This document shows positions 26,001 through 38,701 of a DNA stretch of 64,000 bases, in pieces. Source of the stretch: Azolla caroliniana (lineage: Eukaryota; Plantae; Polypodiophyta); the NCBI GenBank assembly GCA_043228905.1, contig JBHGNT010000006.1, positions 11,408,001 to 11,472,000 on the forward strand, given 5' to 3'. The notes under the pieces are model-generated. The model saw only the letters and a list, made by a program, of their open reading frames with translations. It was not told the origin of the DNA and did no database searches. The position numbers and the translations under genes are program-made. Position 1 is the stretch's first letter; each line of letters begins with the position of its first letter.

Positions 26001-27541
26001 TTTTTCTGACTTTTAGAAAACCAGACAAAAAAAAGGAAGTGCAAAAATGAGGCATCTTTTAAAAGAGTGCCAAAAAATGGCCTCCAAAACCAAACATAAG
26101 ACATCAATTTTACATCTTCAAATGTTGTCCCATACACACACACACATCAGAGCCTCATGAAGCAAGCAATCTGCTACTCATTTCCAACCCTTCATCTCGG
26201 TCTCCGTCCTCACTGACCTGACCCTCTCTCCGGACCCTGGAGACATCGTCTTTGCCCCCCACCATCTGCCCATCGCCACTCCCATTTGCCAGTACAGCAC
26301 GTGTGTGCACCATCTATCATGTCCCATGCCATATCACGAAAGAAGAGTTGGCCTTCCTTTCCCCTCCCACAAAAAAAGCACCCTCTTCGTTTCTTTATAT
26401 GCTCTGCCCATGCCAATCGCTCATCATGTTGTTAAAGGACTCCAATGTTCCATCTCTCCATTAAAAATGTTTTCCGTGTGGAAATGATAAAGAATTAGTC
26501 ACCACAAAATATATGCTCTCCAACTTTCTTTAGTAGTTGAAGCAACGCATTGATGAAGGAAGGCATAAATCATCCTCTTTTACGAGCATATGCAAGAATG
26601 TAAGAGAACTATATCCTCTTGAACCCCATTTGTCATGTCTATGCAAAAACACTATCTACATATTTTATATAAAAGGTGCACCTCGACAATGGATTTCTCT
26701 CTTTAATATATACACGTGTAACGATAATATGTGTGATTTGTTTGCGCTTAATGATTGCATTATGGGATATATTATATTTACCTCTTGTAAATGAGCAACA
26801 AGTCATTACCATGTTATTGGAGGTAACACTTTGAAATCCTCAACTCAAGGAAGGGGTTTCTTGATTCAAGTCATGAATCTGTGGATATCGTGGGATAATG
26901 TGGAATATAATCTTTCGCAACCAATGAAGAACATTCCTACTCATGTCACTAAGAATAGGGTAAATGATTATCCAAGAGCACACAATAATTAGGGCCAAAT
27001 AGATCATTTTGATTTTCAAAGAGTACCTTACTTTGGCCTTCACAATTGAGCAAATTCATGAGTTCCACTAGAGAACGAGCGTTCTTTCGAGAAGAAACTT
27101 TATGCGGGGCTTACAACATTTTTTAACTAGGAAAATGAAAATATTTTGGATTAAACTTTTGCTACTATATTAAAAACAGAATTTGAAGCTTGTTTTGTTT
27201 TTAATTGACATATATAAATAGGGATGATGTTTATAAACAAAGATATCTCAATCTAGGCTAAATTATGCAAGATTTAAGCCCTTTGTACATAGGGTGAAAG
27301 CATGATATGATCAAATTCGACTATGCTTTCCACGCATCTTCAACCAAAACCAATCCAATCACAATGTGCACTCTTGATTGCACCATTCTTTGGTATAGTT
27401 CTTGAACATCAAGAGTCACTACTCACTTTCACAAGTATTACGTGAAATGTAATATATTTGGTCTCATAGGTAATATTTCACCTTTGAAGATAATAATAGA
27501 ATCTGTCTATCTATCTATCTCTTGACATAGATATATACATA

Positions 27542-27593
27542 ATGTATGTATGTATGTATGTATGTATGTATGTATGTATGTATGTATGTATGT
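27542..27593. repeat. (TATG)n microsatellite
   Basis: About 12 perfect units. Confidence 0.95.
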
Positions 27594-30320
27594 CTATAAT
27601 AAGTTGCAACATTTGTTAGATTTGTAATGGTTGTCATTAGTCCATTTTAGATGTACATTTAGATAAGTGAAATGGTGTATCATAAGAATTTTCAATCTTA
27701 GAATAGTGGTGGCTCTTCATGTAAGTCTTGTGGACAAACAAATGGGATGGTGGTTTCTCAAGGCATGTGAGTGTTGTGGTCATTCCTATGGTCATTTCAT
27801 GTGCCTAATATGCTTGCACGTATTTAAAACTGAGAAGCTTAAATCATATCGGATGCCTCATAATCCATGATGATATATTGGTAGACAAATAGATCTTTAT
27901 GCAATGTTATTCTACTAGCAATTATGGTTATCACTACATATATTAGCCCTAATACTACAATGAATATTGTAGAATCTAGCATCAACAAAATAGTCGAGTT
28001 TCTAATCAAATGTTTCATATTTAATTGTGGGGTGTACATTTCAAAATAATATCATCTTGGGCATGTGACATTATGAAAGGAGACCATTGAAACAACTTAA
28101 AATTTAAGTGAAAAACATGAGATCAACCAAAAGGACTTTAGAATGGAAATACATATCTAAGCACCAAAACTCACAGGAGGTATCATACATATGTAGAAAG
28201 TATTGTTCATGAGTACATATATATCATAGATTGTCTGTCTTTCATTTAATCTTTTATAGAAGATGCACATGGTGTCCACTATTAGATAAAAACAATTAAT
28301 GATGATTTAAAAATTTCGAAATAGGATGATATGTTGAAGTAAAGCATTTCACAAAGTGATAACGTTATGAACTAAATCTTGGTGTGTACCAATGGAAATA
28401 AAGTGACGAATAACATAAATGATGTGTTGTAACGAAAGTGGGCTAGTCATGTGAAACACAGCTATAAAGTTTAGTGTGTGATGGAATCCAATTATCCTAA
28501 GGCAAAAAATAGTAGGATTGCTTTATATGCACATCCTCTATAACCTTACAAGGTCATTGAAAGCGAGAGGATAGGGTTTATTGGTTTATCTTTGGCCTCG
28601 AAGTTTCCATCCTTACAAATAATAAATCCAACCATGAAATATCAAAGAGTAATGTACTCATTTCAACATGATTCTTGTTAATCAACAACTAACTTGAAAA
28701 AAGGTGTGTAGTTGAATATTTTACATTATTCAATATGGCATGTCCTGTGAACACCATCGCCCACCACTACCACAAAAAAACTTTTAAACATAGAAAATAT
28801 TTCAGCAAGTCATTCCATCATTTTACCATCATTCCAACGTGTGGATGATGAATAACATGTCATGGGTCATGGCGATGGTGTGAAAATAATGGGCATTAAC
28901 ATCAATATTTATGTAAGCATTCTCCTTGTCCTACATTCCCAATTATTCTCTCATCAATTCCTTATTCATATTATATTCATGCTTTCAAACCCAAACACCT
29001 CCAATACACACTTGACGCATTGCTTTGTCGATAATGTTATCACAATTCTCACTTCGCTATGAAGCCCTTATGCATATACTAGTTGGTTATGGATACCCCC
29101 TTGATAGAGTATGGAGTGTTGCCACATTGTGTGATCGTCTTTATCAAATGTCTCTCCCTAATTCACTTTCTTATGTTATTGTTGGATCTTGTTGCAATCT
29201 TTCCCTTTGCTCATTACCTTTTGCAAATTTTCTCTATCGAGTCTATGGACAAGGGCCTCCATTCAACTCCCTATTACTTGAATTTAGTGCTAAACCATGG
29301 TACCTCCTCCTTGACTTTTTAGTATCGGGGCCACTTGCTTGGTAATGTACTAAGAATCCCTTTTCTAGTCAATGAATTCTAGAGCGTTGTCTTCGGGGTT
29401 GGGGGTGATGTGGGAACACTAGATGGATGGTGATGTGAGGGTCCTTGGATGCCTTTGTCATTACTCATTGAATATATTCTCTAGTTGGGATATGGACCCA
29501 AGTTTGAGTTTCTCATCATTTCGTTCAACGCGTTTACGAGGCAAACTTTGTACTATTCATATTGTGAAGTCAATGCTTCAATCATTCATATTATAATGGA
29601 CATTTCGATGCATGCATTTAATAAAAAATATATGTATATATTGGGTGTGTATACACATCTCCCTTTCAAATAGGCTTTAGGCAAAATGCATCAATGTTGC
29701 ATTTCCATATAAAAATAAAGTAAAATCAGTTTTGCCCCATATGCAATGATCTATTTCAATGTTTTTCGTTTAAGGAGAGCCCACATAATAGCATTGATCT
29801 TTTTATGTTCTCTATATTTCAAGAAAACCTATCATTTTTTCAAGCTTGTTTCAATGAATGGGAACAATTCTTCAAATGGATGTTATCCATTCACTCTAGG
29901 ATGGTATATGCAATATTATTAAGAGGTTGCCAATCTTTTGAGGAGATCTATATAGAGGATATGTTTGCCATCAAAATTTAGCATAATTCATGATTTGTTA
30001 GAAACATTGGAGAATTAAGAAAATATGAAATAAAATGTTACACCTTTCACGTGATGTGTTTGAATGAAAATGTTGCACGCTCATATGATATAATGGGAGT
30101 GAGTTCTATACAAACTTGTATGTGCATGTGGTTAGTTGATTGCTACTTGGTTAGTTTTGAACTATGATGTTCCACTCTTCATCAAGTGTGGTTAGTTGAT
30201 TGTTACACTTTTCATAAAACCACCACACGATGAAGAGAGCAACATCATAGTCAAACAACACGATTTCTAGACATCATTACATTGTGTGCAAGACCATGGT
30301 CCAACATGTCAATTTATGTG

Positions 30321-33300
30321 GCTAAAATTCAAGTCGATGTTCATGACATTATCCTCCCCTTAAACGCCGACTTCAAGAAGGTGCGGGTTTGTCAGGATAT
30401 CGGAGATGAAAATCATGAACCACTTCTTGGGCATTGAGTAAATTTCTAGCGGGCTCCCATGTGGCCTCAGAGATGGGATATCCTTTCCACAAGACTAGAT
30501 ACTAGAGATTCCGTCGGTTCTTACGCGAGTCTAGAATGGTCTCGATTGCATACTCATCCCCAGTCGCCAAAGCCACAGGGGGGGGCGGGGGGGGGGGGGG
30601 GGGGCTCGATGCTTCTTCCTGGAATTGAGGATGGATGATAGAGCTCAAGAAGTGATGCATGGAAGACATTGTGAATTCGGTAGTGTGATGGAAGCGTAAG
30701 ACGGAAAGCCACAGGGTTGACTTTGTCAATGATGCAGAATAGACCAAACTTTTTGTAATCGAGTTTGTTGCATGGGAAAGTTGTCGGAATATGCCGACGT
30801 AATAGCCAGACCATGTCACCAACTTTAAAACCAGGTGCAACCCGCCGATGTCGATCAACCTTCTCTCTGTGTCGTTCTTGAGCAATGGAGAGTTCTAGGG
30901 ATAGGTCATGATGCACTTCTTTCATCAGATGAGCTCATTCTTTAGGAGATGGATTCACAGAACCAGTAGGGATAGCTATGCTAAAGCGTGGGTGGAACCC
31001 ACAATTTGCGAAGAAGGGTGTTACGCTAGTTGATGTGTGGAGAGTATTGTTGTAGGCAAACTCAACCATTGGAAGAAATTTGATCCAATCATCTTGTTGA
31101 TAACTTATTATACATTGGATATATTGCTCGAGGATCTGATTTACTCGTTCCGTTTGGTCGTCTGTCTTAGGATGGAAGGCCGTCGAAAATTTTGTGGAAG
31201 TTCCAAGAGTCTGGAAGAGGCGTTTCCAGAAATGAGACATAAATTGGGGACCGCGATCAGAAATAATGTCATTCGGTAAACCGTGAAGGCGCACAATATT
31301 CGTTAACAATAGATCTGTTGTTTCCATCCCTGAAATTGCTTTAGAACATGGAATAAAATGTGCCATCTTTGTGAACCTATCAACCACCACCAGTACTGAA
31401 TTGAATCCCTCAATGTTGGGAAGGTCGGTGATAAAATCTGTCGAGATGGAGGCCCATGGCCTATTTGGAATTGGCAGAGGTTGAAGTAGACCGTAGGGAC
31501 GAGGATGTACTGCTTTGGCACGGGCACATGTATCACATGTTTTCACGAATTTTTTAACAAGTTTCCAAGGTTGTGGCCACCAATAACTTCTAGAGATTAA
31601 CTCCAAAGTTTTTGCAACACCAAAATGTCCAGCTAGGACATCATTGCTAGGACATCATCATGGCACTCCTTCACGATACGGATACGACAAGGACCATCTG
31701 GGACATACATTAAGTTGTTCCGAAAAAGAAAACCATCCCGAAACATAAATTGTTCATGGATATTTCGTACCTCCTTTATGGTTGAGTTGTTGACTCGATT
31801 CTCCTTAATCTTTGTTACAAATTTGTCGTTGGGAGTATCTATCGCTATTGCATTGAGTAATGATTCATCCACGCCCATATAAGTTGCAAAGAGTTGCATT
31901 TGATGTGGTTGTAGGAGACAATGTGATTGTTGATTGTAGATCGCATCTCCTGGCCGGATTTCGAATTGTGAACGCTGAGATAGGGCATCAGCTTTACCAT
32001 GTTGGGCACCAGGACAAAAAACAATTTCAAAGCCTTAATCAGCTAGGAAGGTCGACAATAGTTCTTGCCTCCGGTTCAAAATGCAAGTAGTGGTAAAGTA
32101 GACAAGGTTTTTGTGATCGGTCACCACCTGGACACAGTGTTGGGCGCCCGCCAAGTAAGGACGCCATTCTTCGAAGGAGGCAATAATGGCGGAGAGTTCT
32201 TTGTCGTAAACTGGGTAGTTGATCTCAGGGGGTGTGAACTTTCGAGAATAAAAGGCAACAGGATGAAGGATCCCATTGTTATCTGATTGAGAGAGAATGA
32301 CACTGATGGCGAAGTCAGAGGCATCCATTTCGATCGTAAATGGTTTGGTCAGATCTGGGTGTAGAAGTACTGGAGTCGAGGTAAAAGCTTTCTTTAGTGT
32401 CTCGAATGCCAGTTGGGTTGTAGGAGTCTAGAAAAAAGGAGAATCTTTCCGAGTGAGTGCTATAAGGGGTTGCGCCAATGTAGAGAATCCTTGAATGAAT
32501 CGACGATAGAAGTTGGCAAAACCCAAAAATAATTGCACATCCTTGACCCTGGTTAGGACTTCCCACTCTTGAACCGTTGTGACTTTCTTCTTGTCCATAG
32601 TGAGACCATAAGATGAAATAACATACCCGAGGAATTAAATTGAGGTTCGATCAAACTCACACTTCTCAGGTTTTGCATAAAGTCCATGTTCCCGAAGTTT
32701 GGACAGGATAAGTCGGACGTGCTTGGTGTGCTCTATGTAGTCCTGTGAAAAGATAAGTATGTCGTCGAGATAGATGACCACAAATTGGTCCAGATATTCT
32801 CGGAAGATATCATTCATCATATGTTGAAAAACTGCAGGAGCATTTGTGAGACCAAATGACATTACCGTGTATTCAAAATGCCCGTACCTAGTTTGAAATG
32901 TCGTTTTCCACTCATCTCCAGGCTTGATACGCACCAAGTTGTAGGCGCCTCTGAGATTGATTTTGGAGAATATACACCCAGCCTGAAGTCGATCGAGGAG
33001 TTCGGGGATTAGAGGTAGTGGATAGCGGTTTCGAACAGTGACTCGATTGAGCTCGCGATAGTCGATACATAAGCGTAACATTCCATCTTTCTTTTTGGCA
33101 AATAGGATAGGAGAGCCAGCTGGAGATTTTGAGTGGCAAATGAATCCCTTTGTGAGATTCTCTTCAATGTATATTTTGAGGGCCTTGAGTTCAGGTTCAA
33201 ATAACCCATAGATAGGGCCAAAAGGAGGACAAGCACCATCTTTCAAGTCAATTGGACAATCATATGGGCGATGTTTAGGTAGACGATCAACATTTTTCTT

Positions 33301-35511
33301 CTCAAATACATCAAAGAAGTCATTGTATTTTGATGGAAATGAGCTAGTACATAGGGCAATGTATAGAGTGGACATGACCGCCATGTCCTTAGAATTAGAA
33401 ATGGATGCAATCAACACTGTATCACTTACCTGAGCAAGAGTGGAAACTGTTTCCGAGGCCAAAGCGGGAGTAACTATCGATGTTGTTTCTATTGGAGTAA
33501 CCGTTGACACGGTTCTCGTGGAAGAGGAAATGGGAGTGACCACTAACTTGGTCCTCACCAGAGCAGAAATGGGAGTTGCCTCCAAAACATGAGTGGGAGC
33601 AACTGTTGATGCGGTTCTCACTAGAGTAGAAATGGGAATCGGAACGAATGCTAACACGGTCCTCACTGGAGCAGGCATCCAAACAAATGGCAGAGCATTG
33701 GCTTGAAGAAGAGTGGAAGCAATCGCTTGTGAGTGAGATCGTCAATCCACAATTGGATTGTGAGTCTCGAGCCATGATAACCCCAAGATGATAGGATGTC
33801 GAGGTGATGTGATGAGGTTAAAAATGATTTCTTCCTGGTGGCCTCCTATGTGGAGACTCAAGGGAATTGTTGTATCTGTGATTGCACCAGAAGAGGGCGT
33901 TCGACCGTCGATCACTTCAACTGGAATCGGGACAGTTATTTTATTGCTTGGAATGTTGTGTGTTTGTGCAAACATGATATCAATAAAGCATGAAGTAGCC
34001 CCAGAATCCAACAAAGCTTTTGTCTTCAGAGTGATAGAGCCAAACTGAAGAGTGATCGGAAGCATGAAGCTTGTTGTCGAGGCAGTCGGTTGATTGGGCC
34101 CTTGACACAATTGTCGATTCTTGAGGTCCAGATGCACAACCCCTACTGCAACTAGAAAGTTTTCCTGTTGACAGAAAATGTCAACCCCATCCACACGATG
34201 TGGTGTTTGACGGGGTCCCTTTTTTGGGCAAGAGAGGATTAAATGGTCGGGGCCGCCACAATAGAGATATAAATTGTTGGCCCGTCGATGTTGTCATTGC
34301 ACGTTCATCAATGGTTGGTAGTGAACTCGATCGATCTCCATTGGGGAGCTAGAATCTATGGCGGGAGTTGAAGATGAAGTGGAGGATGACATGGGAATCG
34401 GGGCCGTCGACCATGGTAGGTGACTTCTGTAGCGACTGGCCAAGGTGGATGGATCCAGTGAGGACGTTCCTCTTGCCGGAACTCAAAAAGACGGTTATCG
34501 CAACGCACAACTTGGGAAATAGCCTCATTCAAAGATGTGGGTTCAGGAAAGTTAAGCAAAAGATTTTTTATCTCGCCTCATAATCCTCTACAGAATTGAT
34601 CGAGGAGGGCCTTTCCATACCATTCGACATTGCAAGTGAGTTGACGAAATTCAAATGCATAGATTGATGCCGCACGTTCTCCTTGTTGTAATGCATATAA
34701 TTTGTTGAGTGCAACTCGCCGTTTGTCGGTCTCCCTGAAAGTTGCTTCGAATTCGATAAGAAATGCTTGGAAGTCGGTCAAGAGGGGCGAAGAGGTCTCC
34801 ACTAGAGGGGCAAACCAAGCTTGGGCTTGTCCTGTCAGCAATGTGCCGATGAGCTCGACTTGTCGAAAGTCATCAAAATAGCGTCGGGGTTGAAGGCGAA
34901 TAATAAGGCGGATCTGGTTGATGAAGCCTCTTAACCGTGACCTTGTTCCATCGAATTTATCTAGCAAGCTAACATTGGGTTCTTTCGAAGAAGGGTCAAT
35001 AATCAGGAGAGGTATGACCGTTGTGGCTGCTTGAAGTTCTTGGACGGAGTTTCGCAAGTTGGCATTCTCATGTTGGAGTTGTTGCAAGAACCCCAAAATT
35101 TGCTCAAGGTTACTAGATGATTCTGACATGATAGTGTATTGAGAAAGAAGAAAAGGAAGGAAGGAAATCAATCTGTCACGGATGAACAATTGGAAGATAA
35201 AGAGATGGGGAAGTTGATGACAATGAGTAAGAATATCTATTCCATGGTTGGTGTTGATTTCCTTGATGTTAACAAGGGAGATCAACCCTTTTTATACATG
35301 TAGTGAAGCATGATAAGCATGCTCATGCTTAGTCTTACATATTATAATATCAAGCATACTAATTCTTGCATGCCAAGTCTTACATACTGAGTCTTACATA
35401 CTCAGTCTTATATACCACTCTTTATACAAAGGTTTAAAATCTAAAGTTTGTCTAGGAGAAATATATATATACAAGAACCTAAAGCTAAAATTCAAGTCGA
35501 TGTTCATGACA
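30321..35511 (-). mobile_element. Ty3/Gypsy chromovirus (Tcn1-like): gag-PR-RT-RH-INT-chromodomain, degenerate
   Basis: 5' LTR 35511-35174 (TGTCA...TGACA); gag from ATG 35129 (DKFDGTR); protease LLDSGAT; RT YLDDIL; RH DASDFA; INT HPKTDDQTER; chromodomain EYAIETILDSR..YLVLWKGYPISEATWEP; PPT AAGGGGAGGATAA; 3' LTR reduced to 28 bp (30321-30348). Confidence 0.95.
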
Positions 35512-37544
35512 ATAGCCGAGCTGTCAGATGCAGGAGTCAAACTTCTGATACCACATCCTCAACGCTTGTTTTAAGCCATAGAGGTTTTTCTTCAGTCGAC
35601 ATACGAGGAGACCTTCTTCCCTCGTCGCCGTGAAGCCTACCGGTTGAGACATGTAGATGCCTTCTTCCAGATCTCCATGTAGAAAAGCCGTCTTGACGTC
35701 TAGCTGCTCAAGCTCTAGGTCCTCTGTCACCACGACTCCGAGTAGGAGCCAAAGGGTGGTCATCTTGACTATTGGTGAGAATATCTCGTCGTAATCGACC
35801 ACATGTTCTTGTTTGAATCCCTTCGCAACAAGCTGAGCTTTGTATTTGGGTGGCTCAGAGTTGGATACATATTTGTACCTGAAGACCCTATGCAAGGTAG
35901 CAACTTCCTTCCCACTGGTAGTTCGACCAACTCCCATATTTGATTCTGTCGACTCGAGTCCATCTCAAATTGCTGATTCGGCCCGATGAGCTGGTCTTTC
36001 GACGATGTCTCTGTTGATTTCGAAAGAGACCTTTTGCCCCACTATTGTCAGTTGGTTCCGTTCAAAGAGGATAGAGCCTTCATTGAAGACTACATCACTG
36101 CTCCGGATCAACTTCCTGTTCTCTGGGTCCCATAGCCTGTAGCCGAATTCCCCATTGGTTCCATAATCGAGTAATATACATTTTGTTGCATAGGGTGCCA
36201 ACTTGGTCCTCTTCTCCCTAGGGATGAATGCATAGACTTCGCATCCGAATATACGAAGTCTATCATAGGTCAGATGTTTGCCTAACCATAGTGCCTGTCA
36301 AGCGTGATTGCTTTCGATGGCGATAGATTTATCGGGTAAACTGCCGTCTACAATGCTTCGACCCAGAACTCCAACTTTAGTCCGGTTTGTTGAAGCATTG
36401 TCATCACCGTCTCTTGGATTGTTCAGTTGAACCGTTCTGCCACTCCATTTTGCATGGGTGTGTATGGAATGGTCTTTTGATGCCGGATCCCTTTATTAGA
36501 CAGGTACTGTTTGAAGGCCGTGGAGGTGTATTCACCGCCATTGTCGGATTAGAGTCTCTTCACTTTGTATCGCGACCGGTTCTCTACTTCAACGATCCAC
36601 CGAGTGAAGATCTCGAGCGCTTCGTCTTTCGACCTAATCAAGTAGGCCCAAACCTTCTGTGTACAATCACCTACAAATGTGATGAATTATCGGGAACCAC
36701 CTAGTGATCGCTCAAGCATAGACCCACATATATATGTGTGAACGAGCTCTAGGGGTTGTCATACCGTCTCATAATAGAGAGAGTGTGGACTTCGGGTTTG
36801 TTTCCCGTATCGACAAGTCTGTTTTTGCTTGGAGTTTCGAAATGTAGCCAACCGCCAGTATAAGAGTAAAACATGTTAAAGGGGTTGTGGTATATGTGTA
36901 ATGTATATGAGTGTGAGTGAGGATAAATATGTAATGGTCTTCTTTTGCAATGGTCACATTATGTAACCGTTCCAATATGTACTATATAAAACCCCTATGG
37001 GGTATGTAATGAAATATAGATTTTTCCCTCCCATTTTGTGTCAGACTCTCATTGTTTCTCTTTCCTTCTCTCTCTCTCTCTCATGTAACCCCCTTGGGAG
37101 GGGGGTGGAGCCGTTGATGGATTCAACCCCCACCCAATAACACCGATCGAGTCCAACTTGAGACATATGGCCGAGTCGGCCATGCCATAGTTTCGGGTCA
37201 GTCTTTTCGCCTATGTTCCCGGCCCCTTTTGGATTGATCGCTATCATTGGGAACAAGTTGTTGTACTTGTGCCCACTTCTGATTCTTAGGTTTCTACGAC
37301 TGATCATCCATGCCGACTCATTGAGAGTCGTTCGGCTAACATGCCGATGGAGACTAGACTCCTCTTCAGATCGGGTATGTGCTGAACTTGGTGTAGGGTG
37401 ATCATGTTGCCATTCGGCAGTCGGATGGGGACCTCTCCAATCCCTGCGATTATGCACTCCTGCCCATTGCCGAGTTGGATTGTGTCGCTGGGTCGGTCGA
37501 ATAGTTCAAAAACCATTCGATGTTTGGGTTCACATGGAATGTGG
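35512..37544 (-). mobile_element. Ty1/Copia internal relic (PR, GAG-pre-integrase, INT, RT) hosting nested insertions
   Basis: [54 protein letters not shown] and NLYGLKQA motifs. Confidence 0.9.
36757..37142 (+). repeat. Solo-LTR-like insertion (386 bp)
   Basis: TGTCA...TAACA termini and TATA ctatataaaa at ~36982; interrupts Copia coding sequence; flanks GGGGT/CCGAT do not match. Confidence 0.75.
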
Positions 37545-38229
37545 TGTTAATCCTGAGCCGGATTAGCCACTAACACAGGGTGTCCTTTCGGATCACTTCA
37601 CCAAAGGGGTGGTTACGGGGTTAATGCTTCCGGCTGAAATATAATAAGTTCCGACTATTTCCTGATCAGTTCCGGATTGACAACATACCTGGATTGATTA
37701 CATGCGTAAGATGAGACAATAAGCATAGAACGGAAAGTACGTGGGTACAGAATAAACTCAAAGACAACTTTACTTATATTCATTCCGTCCCGTAATACAT
37801 TGTTCTTCGGATCCTTTTATAGGCATCTGGTTCAGCCAGGTTGCTTGTTTTACCGGTCGGATGAAACCGACTCTCAGCAGCTTATCGATTTCATCCTTAA
37901 CTCTTGTTGCATAGTTTGGGTTCATCCGGTAATGTCGCTATGCCACCGGCTTCGCTTCCTTGCTAAGGTTGATCTGGTGTAGGTACAATTGGGGATCCAA
38001 TCCTTCCATATCCTTATATGACCAGGCGAACACATCTTGGAATTCTTTCAACAGTTCAATCATTGTCCTTTTCTCTTCCTGTGGTAATTATTTTGCCGCG
38101 TTCATTGGTTTCAACACTCCATCGATACCGAGGTCCACCTTTTCTAATTGAGATGCCTTCACTCGTTGAGATACCACCATTTCCTGTTCTACCGATTCTT
38201 GTGCCTGTCGCAGTTCCCGGATGGCCTCC
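37545..38229 (-). mobile_element. Older non-chromoviral Gypsy, 3' piece (RT start fused by deletion to a partial 3' LTR)
   Basis: Minus strand reads DVFAWSYKDMEGLDPQLY..RMNPNY..KLLRVGFIRPVKQATWL; 37545-~37825 resembles the 3' part of the young element's LTR. Confidence 0.88.
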
Positions 38230-38648
38230 TGTTACCGGCCGGCAAGAAGTCCAAAATACGGAGTGAAGGAATTAATTAAGTATGGTTGTAAATAAGCATA
38301 GTATGGACGGACGGACTGGAAACGGTATGCCGTTCCAGATCCGGACGGATCCCGAATAGGTGCGATAGGCACCGTTTTGTACTACGGACCGGAAACCTAT
38401 TTAAAGGCCCGGAGCCCATTGTAATCGCAGCGGATAATTAATAGAGCGTATGGTGTTTATACTTCTGTGTTGATTTCCGTTCTGTACTTACTGTTATATC
38501 TTACGCGTGTAATTAACAAAAGAGCTCTAATCGTGTAACCTACTTAGGTCGGTGTAATCATTGAGTCATAATCCTATGCCGTAATCACCCTTTGGTGAAG
38601 TGTCTCCGTGACACCTTGTGTTAGGCCTTGTCCGGTCAGAGAACAACA
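38230..38648 (+). repeat. 5' LTR
   Basis: TGTTA...CAACA; TATA-like ctatttaaa at ~38397. Confidence 0.97.
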
Positions 38649-38654
38649 CAGTTT

Positions 38655-38664
38655 TGGCGACCAC
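38655..38664 (+). promoter_or_regulatory. Primer binding site TGGCGACCAC, probably tRNA-Arg(UCG)
   Basis: Begins with TGG 6 nt after the LTR; complementary to ...GTGGTCG-CCA, the 3' end I recall for plant tRNA-Arg(UCG) (not checked). Confidence 0.7.
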
Positions 38665-38701
38665 GATTCCTGCTTTCTCGCAGCGAACGACGGCTTAATG
38701 G

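Noticed and set aside
28752-28881. 11-bp inverted repeat acaccatcgcc/ggcgatggtgt
   Set aside because: Too short, with no extension or TSD.
26500-30000. Short ORFs upstream of TOL, including a Cys-rich 67-aa ORF
   Set aside because: No recognisable domain or consistent exon chain; probably very old TE debris.
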